A stretch of DNA of 64,000 nt from Eledone cirrhosa. Lineage: Eukaryota. Shown here piece by piece: positions 53,965 to 64,000 of this stretch. The stretch is taken from NCBI GenBank assembly GCA_964016885.1, contig OZ024740.1, positions 119,102,001 through 119,166,000 of the forward strand. Reading direction: 5' to 3'. The position numbers and the translations under genes are program-made. Within the stretch, counting starts at the first letter, position 1; every line of letters begins with the position of its first letter. Below the pieces are notes generated by a model that had not been told where the DNA came from, made no database searches, and saw nothing but the letters and a program-made list of their open reading frames with translations.

Positions 53965-55160
53965 ATGCCACCAAAGTCTCAACAAAACAACAACTCACTG
54001 AACCAGGACATCTTAAATGAACTCAAAGAGATTTCCTCTAAACTCTCAATTTTGACCAACAAAGTGGACCAAATACACATCTATAAAAAAGGACCCCACG
54101 AAGAAACAGAAAATACCCAAGAGACGAATATTACTCCAGCATTAACTAAACTAATCGAAACCATTGAAACAGAAATGCTCCAAAAGCTGGAACAGCCATT
54201 AGAACCCAATCTACGAGATGTCCACTCAGTGAAAAACACCCTCATCTGGACTCAAAAGCTCACAGCCCGCAAATTCGCCTTTTGGAATCTCCTAAAAAAT
54301 AATGGCAAGGCAGACATATATGAAAAGTGGCTAAACTCTATCCCAATCATCCTCCCCAAAAAACTCCAGATAAAACCCATCCCGAATGAACCAGGAAACC
54401 AACAAAGACTCATGGAAAAGATGGCGTTAGAAAAATTTTAAATAGAAATAGAACTATTGCGATTAAGAGCCAACTCAAACGAAGAAAGATTGAAGTCACT
54501 CGACCAATAGATGGTAACAGAAATCTCAAGGCACTCTGAAGGTCTACTCTATGAAAAAAACCTTAAAACTTTGGAGAGAAAACTGTGAGGATGAAGAACT
54601 AACATCCTCCAGCGATGGGGAAAAAACGCACCTGGTTCAACAACTACGAAATGGATTTCAATAGTGAACATCTTACAGGTAACCGATTTTTAAAACCAAC
54701 TAAAACTCACACACCACATGCACAACAAATAACAAAAAAAGTAACAAAACGTCCAACATACCCCCAGCAAAACTATAACGATAATCCCAGAACCCATAGA
54801 TAAAACTATAACCCTACTAACAAAAACCGAAGATTCCCCCAACACAAGACAGGACCCGATCCGCAGATCACAACCCACACAAAACCTATTCCAAAAGCAT
54901 AGAACCCTGCCCACACAGAGCCTGTTCCAAAATCGTTGATCTCAACCCACACAAAGGAACAAAATCTACAACCCGGAATATCAACAAACCGAACCTCAAT
55001 ACGTCCGAAACTTCTATACAAGACCACACAACAACAGGGGAAATGCCATTAGATATATAATACCATTGTAAAAACATTCCAGAAAAATCATTTTTTAGAC
55101 CAAGGCTACAGGACCCACGACACCCGGTGGTACAAACCGATTTTGAAAAACCGAAAATAA
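53965..55160 (+). pseudogene. Upstream ORF1-like region of the PLE (helical, then P/T/N/K-rich), disrupted
   Basis: 158-aa ORF continues through stops and a frameshift to NHFLDQG...KNRK*, overlapping the RT frame. Confidence 0.55.
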
Positions 55161-57371
55161 TCAACCTTTCAAATACAAACCTCTCAGCCCAACTAGTAAA
55201 ATTTCTCTCCAAAGGACTGAAATTCACATCAACACCACAATACTCTAACCTAAATGAGATAAATGACGATATCTCACACTTCTGTAGAAAATTACGTCTC
55301 ACAGAGGAATTCTTTGACAAAGAGAATAACGACCAATCAATTGTACGGAATAAAAGCAGCTACAACCCAACAAAAAGTAGAAAGACAGTTCTGGACAAAT
55401 TTTATGACCACATAGTCACTTTCCCATACCATGAACTACCGCGATCTAAACCCAAACCCAACACGAGTCGATGGGAATGGGAGATTATCCATGAACTAAA
55501 AAACAATACGGACATTATAATTAAGGAAGTGGACAAGGGAAGTACTGTTGTCATTATGGATGCTGAAAAATATAAAAATTCTATGCTCTCTCTTACAAAA
55601 TACTAATTACTATGAAAGAGTAAAAAACTACGAGCAATCAAAAATAATGACCAGATTAAACACACTGATTTGTCGATACCAGGATGACTTAACTAAAAAG
55701 AAACGCGATTATTTAACACATTTTGAATACAAAACCAGCAACCTTTACGGACTTCCGAAGATCCACAAGTGTAAAATAATTAACGATGCCTGTAAACAAT
55801 CCTCCTCAGCCTGCGTGAACACACAATACCACACAGACCTCAAATTAAGACCAATTGTAGCGGGCCCACAATGTGAAACACACAGACTGAGCAACTTTAT
55901 AGACATACTACTAAAACCAATTCTCAAACACATACAAAGCCTTGTAAGAGACGATCTGGACATCTTAAACCACCTCCCCAAACATATCAACAACGATACT
56001 ATTAGTGTGTCTTTCGATGTAATGAATCTCTACACAACGATCCCACACCAATACGGACTACAAGCAATAGGATTCTGGCTAGAGAAATATCCCAATGAGA
56101 TACCTGGCAGAATAGAAAAAAGCTTCATCACCGAGGGATTAAAATTTATCTTACAGAACAACTTGTTTGATTTCGATGGCAGTACTTACAAGCAAATATC
56201 GGGGACTGCGATGGGTACAAAAGACGCTCCGACTTATGCCAACTTAATCATGGCATACTTAGAAGTCCAGATTTATGAACAGTCCAAATTAAAATACAGA
56301 TTGAACTTCCACAAATATTTATCAGAGAATTGGAAACGCTACTTGGATGATTGTCTTATTATTTGGCCCCACACACTCGACCGACTGAAGGATTTCAACA
56401 ATTTAATAAACGGCATCAATAACCACATCCAATTCACAATGGAATACAACCAAGATCAACTCCGATTTCTGGACATCTTAATCTTAAAAAAAGACTCAAA
56501 TATTGAAACTGACATACACTACAAACCAACAGATTCCAAATAACCATCCAAAGCACACAAAGACGAACATTCCTTTTAACCTAGCAAGAAGAATTTGCAC
56601 AATTGTCTCCAATTATGAAACGCGAAATAAAAGACTTCATGAATTAAAGGAAATTCTACTCAAAAGACAGTACCCACCATTACTAATAATTAAGGGAATA
56701 GAAAGGGCTAAAGTAATAGGCATTGATGAATTACGAAAACAGAAACAAATTCAAGCTACGTTCAATATTCTATCATATATCTCAACACCCAACCCAAGAA
56801 ATGCGGAAGCTTACAACACTATTCACAAGAACATCTCACTACTGAAACAAGACCCAAGAATGAAAAAAACCCTTGAAACACACAAAATAATCAAAAGCAA
56901 AAGACAACCGAAATCACTGAAAACATTACTCACCAATGCCAAATTACCTACTACAAACCCACAACCAACTGTCAAAAAATGTGGTCGCTCTAATTGTGGA
57001 ACCTGCACTCATCTCATTGAAGGCAACACCTATACATTTCAATCAGGACAACATTTTGCTGTAAAAAATCACTTCACTTGCTCATCAAAAAGTCTACTTT
57101 ATGCCATTAAATGTAAAGGATGCAATGAAGATTATATAGGACAAACTAAACTCACACTTAGAAAAGAGTGACAGTTCATAGCCAACAATTACGAGATTCA
57201 ACCACGAGACAGATACCAATAAGCGCACATCTAGATTTGCGCAAGTAATAAGACACCCAAATTCCAAGTCTTCCCATTTTATCTTTGCGCTGACAATACA
57301 ACAGAACAATATGAATAAATAGGGAAAATATGTTTATTCAAAAATATAGACCAGCATTAAATATGGTTTAA
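55097..57371 (+). pseudogene. Neptune-like PLE RT plus GIY-YIG, frameshifted
   Basis: IINLS, LSKGLKF, IIKEVDKGS, LYGLPKIHK, RPIVAG, SFDVMNLYT, GTAMGT, WKRYLDD, FLD, YKPTD, CGRSNCGTC, YAIKCKGCNEDYIGQT. Confidence 0.92.
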
Positions 57372-57575
57372 TATACATTATGTCAACACCATAACATGCT
57401 AACCATCCAAACAGACACATACACACACACATAACACCTTCTACTTTAGAAAATAAAAACCCGAACTAAATAAACCCTAACATACGTTTGCGCTGACAAT
57501 ACAGCAGAACAAATACGAATAAGTGAGGAAAATATGTTCATTCAAAAATATTCCTACTAACGGAATCATTTTCCT

Positions 57576-58086
57576 ACACACACACATGCATTTTTTTTTT
57601 TTTTTATTTGTTTGGCACCCCCACCACGTGAAATGGTGGCAGGATAGATGCCAACCTACACACACAAATTCTTCTGAACATAGCAACAGTACACTAAAGC
57701 TGACCTGCCAGCTGACCCTTTAACACCAAAACAACTACAACAGATTGTCTTGCCTCAGAAAAATTTCTATAGACTATTGACTGAGGAATGTTCTCACAAC
57801 TGACCAATGGGATGCGCGCGTGTCCTATGACGCCGAAATTTGTTTGTTCTAACTCATATGATTCCAGTTCCCCAGAGAAATAACAACACAACCAGGAGCT
57901 GGACATATCGATGTATTGACGGAGTAAAACACACTTCAACAACATGTGTACCTGTCTTTCCTACACCAATTCGTACTGCCCGAAGAGGTCACAGCCAATG
58001 ATGGCTGTCACCGAAATATATATAGCAGTATATCTATAATTTATAATAAACGAAGCCACATTTTACTTATTTGCTTTAATTATTTT
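57576..58086 (+). repeat. pLTR downstream of the Neptune-like ORF
   Basis: Matches 40148-40690; ends in a TA tract. Confidence 0.85.
57974..58030 (+). ncRNA. Hammerhead with core substitution (CCGAAGA)
   Basis: TACTGC-CCGAAGA-GGTcACAGCCA(ATGA)TGGCTGTcACC-GAAA-TATATAT-A-GCAGTA. Confidence 0.7.
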
Positions 58087-58109
58087 ATATATATCTATAT
58101 ATATATATA

Positions 58110-58157
58110 CCATCATCATCTTCGTTTAACGCCTATCTTCCACTCTAGCATGGGTTA

Positions 58158-58163
<6 letters not shown>
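58110..58163 (-). mobile_element. Very short RTE 3'-end insertion within (TA)n
   Basis: catcatcatc...tagcatgggttagacgg. Confidence 0.8.
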
Positions 58164-58251
<88 letters not shown>

Positions 58252-58519
58252 TATATATATGTGTGTGTGTGTGTGTGTATAAATGCATTATATAAATGAC
58301 TTCTACATGACAAAAACTGTTACATTTGTAAGAAATCTTCTGGTTATGAATGAAACATTTCTAGTATTGTAGAAGTCATTTATGTAATAAAATGAATATA
58401 TATTTTGAGTAACTTATTTGACAGTTGTCTCCTCTGGCTTTACATTGGGATCATACACACATGTGGTTTGTGTTTATGTAATTGTTTGTCAGGTTTCTCC
58501 CAGTTGTGGAGGATATATT

Positions 58520-59090
58520 TAAACGTATTTGGGCAGAGGTTTTAAACGTCGGACCTCATATTTAGGCTAGTTTTCGTAGTATGCAACCACAATTTTCATG
58601 ACTTTCTCCTTGCCGTTAATGGAAAGTTCTGCACTGGCAGCTTTGAGGTGCCTGTCGTAACTTGCCCACTTTCTGACTGTTCGATAACATGAGTGCCTAA
58701 TTGTTGTTTCCTGGTTTATGAAGTGGCTTTCCGATACACCCATATATGTCTTGACATCCTGCGGCTGATTCGTTTGAATGTAGGTTACCTCAACTTCGTA
58801 TACCACCACGGTTATATTGTACTGCTCAACAAAAGGCATAATTCCGACTTTCTGCAAGATGTCCCAAACTGGGAGCATTGTTGACTTTATTCGTAAATTG
58901 GGCTTTCATGTTTTTGACGGAGGAGTAGGCAATGTTTTCTGTATATCGGTTAAAAATTGGTGTATACTATTAGTCTACAGGGAAGTGGTTGTCAATAAGG
59001 GCTAAACATTTTCTACCTACATTGGTTTAACATTGTGCAAGAAAGTAGAGGAGAACCATATTATTGGTTTCTTTCTATTTTCTTCCTAAC
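58520..59090 (-). mobile_element. Old Naiad-like PLE fragment
   Basis: IIWF...NVGRKCLALIDNHFP...IFNR...AYSSVKNM; VVYEVEV...KTYMGVSE. Confidence 0.7.
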
Positions 59091-59234
59091 TGTAATTGTG
59101 ATTTGTTCAGGAGAGTAAAATAGTTTTTCATGGAAGATTATATGAACCCATACACTTTATGTAAAATAGACATACTCATTATTTGACTGTGAATATTTTA
59201 AGTTAAACTATATGTATGCTTAACATATATAAAC

Positions 59235-59424
59235 ATAATTGTTTCTACTTTAGGCACAAGGCCAGCAATTACCCAGTGCATTACTGGTACTTTATTTTAT
59301 CAACCCCGTAAGGATGAAAGGCAAAGTCAATCTCGGCGGGATTTGAATTCAGATTGTAAAGGGACGTAACTATGCTGGAAAGCATGGCGTCCGACCCTCT
59401 ACCGATACTGCCAATCCACCGCCA
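59235..59424 (-). mobile_element. SINE family A, full length
   Basis: TSD about tata(a/c)acataat. Another 3' fragment at 59556-59602 (+). Confidence 0.88.
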
Positions 59425-60899
59425 TTATACACATAATGTTTGTGGGACTCTCTTTTAGCACTATCTTTAATTAATGGTTTCTAATTCTGGCATAAGGTCA
59501 TAAATTGTTTTTGCAGGCAGTGAATTAAGTTGACCTCACTGTTTGACTAGTTTTATGCACTGGGTAATTGCTGGCCTTGTGCCTAAAGTGGAAACAATTA
59601 TATTTTGATAACCAAGTGTCCTGAGAGACCTACAGAAAGCATGGGAGTGTCAAAAACATACTGATACAAAATATCAAGTATTTTAATAAATGTTTATATT
59701 TTGATCCCCCACTGAATGTGAACACACATATTATATGCATTCACAACCCCTATGACGTTGATGTGTAGTTACCCTAGTAAATCCAACAGAGTACTGAGCT
59801 CTTCCATTTCCTTGGCTAATTCCTTTTAACATCTGCTAAACTCCATACTTCTATATTTAATATCTGTAATCCTTCTACCTTGTGAAGGCCTGTTGCTAAG
59901 TCGTTAGAGTGTTGATCTCACAATCATTATAATTTGTTCTACACTTGCATGAGTTCACCAAGTTCCCACCATTATAACGTCTCTCCCCTTGATCCTTTAC
60001 TTTGTCGTCTTTGTGATTTATAATTTCTTGAGATCATTATTAATTACCCTTGCCCACGTTTTCTTTGTCTTTTTCCACAAATTCTTTAATATATTTTAAA
60101 AGATTATTTCAATACTCATGTTACCTCATCCAGTCACATTATCAAAGAGCAATATCATTATATACAAAGCTGAAGAATAAAAAAGAATAGAAGAAAATAA
60201 AAATACTGTTGCAAAATCATTAGAACTTGTATTGTTGACTATAAAAACTATATAAATTCAATCTGACCTAAGTACACAATGCTTAAAAGCACACATCACA
60301 CAGGATAGTTAACACTGTACAGCCTTTGGCCGGAAGTCTGCTCAATCTGTGCTAGCTTGAAGATAAACAATATGAACATCTAAGGTTAACTTGATATAAT
60401 TAGTGTTGCTTAGACAGTCAACATTTATACACACATATACATACACATACTACTCTTTTTCTCTCTCTCAGATGTAATATCTTCCTTTTAGACATTGTTC
60501 TTTATACTTATTTTTAACAACAATGATAAATATTGTCGATATTGCTTAGATGTAGGTCAATCATAGTTAAATAAATATATGATCAAAGTTATTCCAGCAG
60601 TGACTATCCTGCCTTTTTTCAGACAAGATTTATCTTGGAAGAAATTCTCCAAAGTGTTGATTTTCTGTTTTATTTTTAACATGGTACAGTATTATTTCAG
60701 TGATATTTCACTATTTCTAGCATGTTTACCAACACATGTATAACGTTTAGACAATGTAGTACAAATCTAGAATATAGAGAATAACAAGGTAGCTTTTAAC
60801 ATGCTTGCTTAACTTGCAAGTAAGAGGAGTCAAATCGTCTTCAATCATCTGAAAACAAAGAGGAGTTTTAATCCTATGTTTGCTTAATATCAACAACAA

Positions 60900-61717
60900 A
60901 ATCTGCATGTTACGTGGCCCCCTTCAATATATAGAAAAGTTGTAGGCATAAACTCTATATGGTGTACACAATGTAAATTTTGGTTGCACCAGAAATGTAG
61001 TGGGATATGAAGTAGACTAACAGAAAGGGAAACGATTGTATGTAAAAGATGCACAGGAGTAATTGAGTAGAAGAGCGTCAGTGATACAAACCTTTTCCAA
61101 TCGCATGAAGAATCCACAGATATGACTGATAGCTTTTGCTTGTTAGGTGACTTAATTAGCAGCAAAGTAGGGTACTTTGAGAGCATAATATCTAGAATAA
61201 GGATAGGATGGAAGAAATTTAATAAGTTGCTCCAACTGTTGACAACAGAAGATTTCTCCTAATATACAAAAGATGACTATATGATGCCTATCTGCAAAAT
61301 ACGATGCTGCATTGTAGTGAAGTTGTGAAACATGCGCAGTGACTGCAGAAGACAAATGTAGAATGGAGAGGAATGAAGCAACCATGCATCTTAAGATGAG
61401 GGAGAAACTGGATTTAAGAGGAATCTGAAGTGGTCTGCAAAAGAGAAGGCTGGATTAGTACAGATATGTGATACACATGGATGACGATCACTGGGTGTAG
61501 AAGTTAAAAAGTGCTTGGAAAATCCTAGTAGAAGGAGGCCAACGTAGAGGTAGGCCAAAGAAGACCTAAACAAAATTTGTCTCAAATCACTGAAACTCAT
61601 AGAGGAGATGTCGAAGAAATGCAGTGAGTGGAGATATGCTTTGCTGGGAAAGACCCACCCAACTCATGCAAGAGTGGGAAAATGAATGATGATGATGATG
61701 ATGACGATGATGATGAT
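60900..61717 (+). mobile_element. Decayed RTE LINE with PHD remnant
   Basis: CTQCKFWLHQKCSGI, DSFCLLGDLISS, GWKKFNKLL; (GAT)n tail. Confidence 0.75.
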
Positions 61718-61725
61718 ATATATAT

Positions 61726-62490
61726 ATGAGGTTCATCAACAAACTATAGGTACTGATGCTTTATTTAAATATATATTATATGTACATGAAATTACAAGTT
61801 TTCTCTTTCAAAATACAACACTTAAGAAGTCACAAAGTGATTCCAACGTTTTTACCATAGATCATAGCAGTACAGAAAGTAATTTTTTTTTAGTGTCCTT
61901 AGCTCGTTGGTTACAATTTTTGTATGTTTTTTACAGTCCCAAATTGATTACCCTGCAACTTCAATATCCCCTTAGGGAAGCAGTAGAAATCACATGTAGT
62001 TATACGTTGGCCATAGGGAGGATGTGGAGGAGTGAGAATAATTTTCTTTGCCAGAAATTCTCTAATTGAAAGTGCTCTATTTGGGAACTAGTTTTGCAAA
62101 AATGTTTCCCATGTACAAATGTAGTGATAAAATTCGGGGAAATTCATGTTTATCCAAGCCTGTTTCTTCTACAATCATCCTATCACTTAATTGGTGATCT
62201 TTCACCATCATCGCTTGCACCACTTCCACATTTTGTTCATTTAGTGACAAGATTGGCCTTCCGGTATGAGGTTCATATTTAACATTTTCTCAGCCCTCTT
62301 TCAAAGCTTTGTGCCATTTAAAAATTTTACTTCTTGATAGAGTGGCATCACTATAAGCGTGTGTTAGAGAATTTGTTGTTCAATATTTTCCTGCACCTTA
62401 ACAGAAGTTATAAACATATCTGTACAGAAACAGCAATAACTTATGACTGACTTAATCGATCATGTTGAAACAAGTATGTACGTGCAGCCA
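61726..62490 (-). mobile_element. Mariner transposase remnant
   Basis: WHKALKEG*ENVKYEPHTGRP...NVEVV (HTH-GRP region) and W*KRWNHFV...YFE; a TIR-like tatgaggttcatcaacaaa follows TA. Confidence 0.7.
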
Positions 62491-62719
62491 ATATCATAAA
62501 CAACATGTCTATATGCATCAACAATGTGCTACTTTACTATGTCACACATAGGAAAAATCAATACAAGTACATTTGGGATAAATTTTGTATATATATATAT
62601 ATATACACACATTTTATATATATATGGCAATGGGCCTGCAACGTGTCCTGGGGTCAGATGGTGGATGCACAAATATTAAATATCCCAAGACTCCAAAGAG
62701 AGTTCAGAAGGGAGCAAAC

Positions 62720-62807
62720 CATGACAATATATATATATATATATATAAATATATACATATATATATATAAATATATACATATATATATATATATAAATAT
62801 ATACATA

Positions 62808-62841
<34 letters not shown>

Positions 62842-62900
62842 AATATATACATATATATATATATATATATGAATATATATATATATATATATATATAACA
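62720..62900. repeat. Compound (TA)n microsatellite, one of many TA, TATG, CAT and TG tracts
   Basis: Directly visible. Others include 14278-14350, 22715-22790, 33575-33657, 39865-39937, 43710-43813 and 50808-50882. Confidence 0.95.
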
Positions 62901-63140
62901 ATATATTCAGAAACACACAGATACATGCGGACACACACATATATACATGAATGCATCCGCACCCAACTGTGAGTTAAGGGTGCCAACTTCACCGATGTTG
63001 CTCAATGAATGACTGGGACAGACCAATTCAGTTGAACTAGACTGAACCAGTATCAGAGTTAAAAATACATTATGAAGAGAGAAGAAACATTTAGATATAA
63101 TTAGTAATAAAATGTATCATACCTAAACTGCTCCTAAATT

Positions 63141-63226
63141 CCTCGACTATGTAGTTTCGTGGCATAAACAAAAACAATATATCAAAGATATAGAGTCCTT
63201 GCGAGGTCTGCCGACTTATCAAGAGG
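63141..63226 (-). ncRNA. Variant hammerhead with UUGAUAA core
   Basis: CCTC-TTGATAA-GTcGGCA[about 45 nt]TGCCAC-GAA-ACTA(CA)TAGT-C-GAGG. Confidence 0.6.
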
Positions 63227-63269
63227 TTACCTCATTTTACTAGTCTCAAGAACGCGTCTACACGTTATC

Positions 63270-63368
63270 AAAAGCACCCAGTCCACACAGTAATGTGGTT
63301 GGTGTTAGGAAGGGCAATCAGCCATAAAAACCAACCCAAAATACGATGATGATGATAATGTTGATGAT
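63270..63368 (+). mobile_element. RTE or SINE-B 3' tail fragment
   Basis: aaaagcacccag...ggttggtgttaggaagggca...gatgatgat. Confidence 0.7.
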
Positions 63369-64000
63369 ATATATATATATCATTTGTCATACAGTCTATG
63401 AGTATACAGAAATATTCTTATTATTGCATTATTATATATAAATTATTAACACCTCTTAATTGAAGTCTGTGTAGTCAACGTGTACAGACTGTATGTAGTC
63501 TATGTTATTTGTATAGACTGCATCACTAAGCAAAAAGTAAAATTATAATTAAGCAACTAATTTTGAACTAGATTATTCAGGCCAATTAATGTTTAATAAG
63601 TATAAAAACATGTTAATTAAAAAATAAAATACTTTTTTATTATTTTCTTATACAATTTCTTACCTGAGATATTGACAAAGATTTTTAAGTTCTCAGAATT
63701 TATGAATGTTTAGTCAAAAATTGCATATGATAAAATGATTTTTATTTGTTGAAAATTGATTAGTGACTATCATCATTATTCTCATTTTACATCTACTTTC
63801 CTGGCTTTCATAGATTGTATAAGTCATTAGGGTCTGGAACGAGACTGGTTGGAAAAACAGAAGAACATGTCTAACATATGTTCCATATTTGGCATGCTAT
63901 CTATAGCTGGATGCCCCTTCTAAAACCAATAGAGTGTACCAGTTGCGTTTTATTGTGTCACCAGCACTACCCCCTTACAAAGTGTACTGGGAATATTTTA

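Noticed and set aside
62505-62992. YI-rich ORFs here and elsewhere
   Set aside because: Artefacts of (TA)n repeats.

Overview
AT-rich, microsatellite-dense animal DNA with no host gene I can support; probably intronic or intergenic. The repeat mix resembles octopus, but that is an inference. The window is mostly mobile DNA: RTE LINEs (one with a PHD-like zinc finger inside the RT ORF), two tRNA-derived SINE families, R4/Dong, Tx1/L1 and mariner remnants, a decayed Helitron (43.8-49.8 kb), and Penelope-like elements (PLEs) of Naiad-, Neptune- and Nematis-like types. Signals not shown by the ORF track: (1) about 11 loci with intact or near-intact minimal hammerhead ribozyme (HHR) motifs plus 4 decayed ones; (2) recurring head-to-head inverted PLE terminal repeats (pLTRs) ending in (TA)n, one folding back at a predicted HHR cleavage site; (3) a TTTTTTA(G) slippery or splice site joining an upstream ORF to the RT frame of the Neptune-like PLE; (4) one pLTR shared between two PLE clades. 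Alignments and folds were done by eye, so boundaries of decayed elements are approximate.
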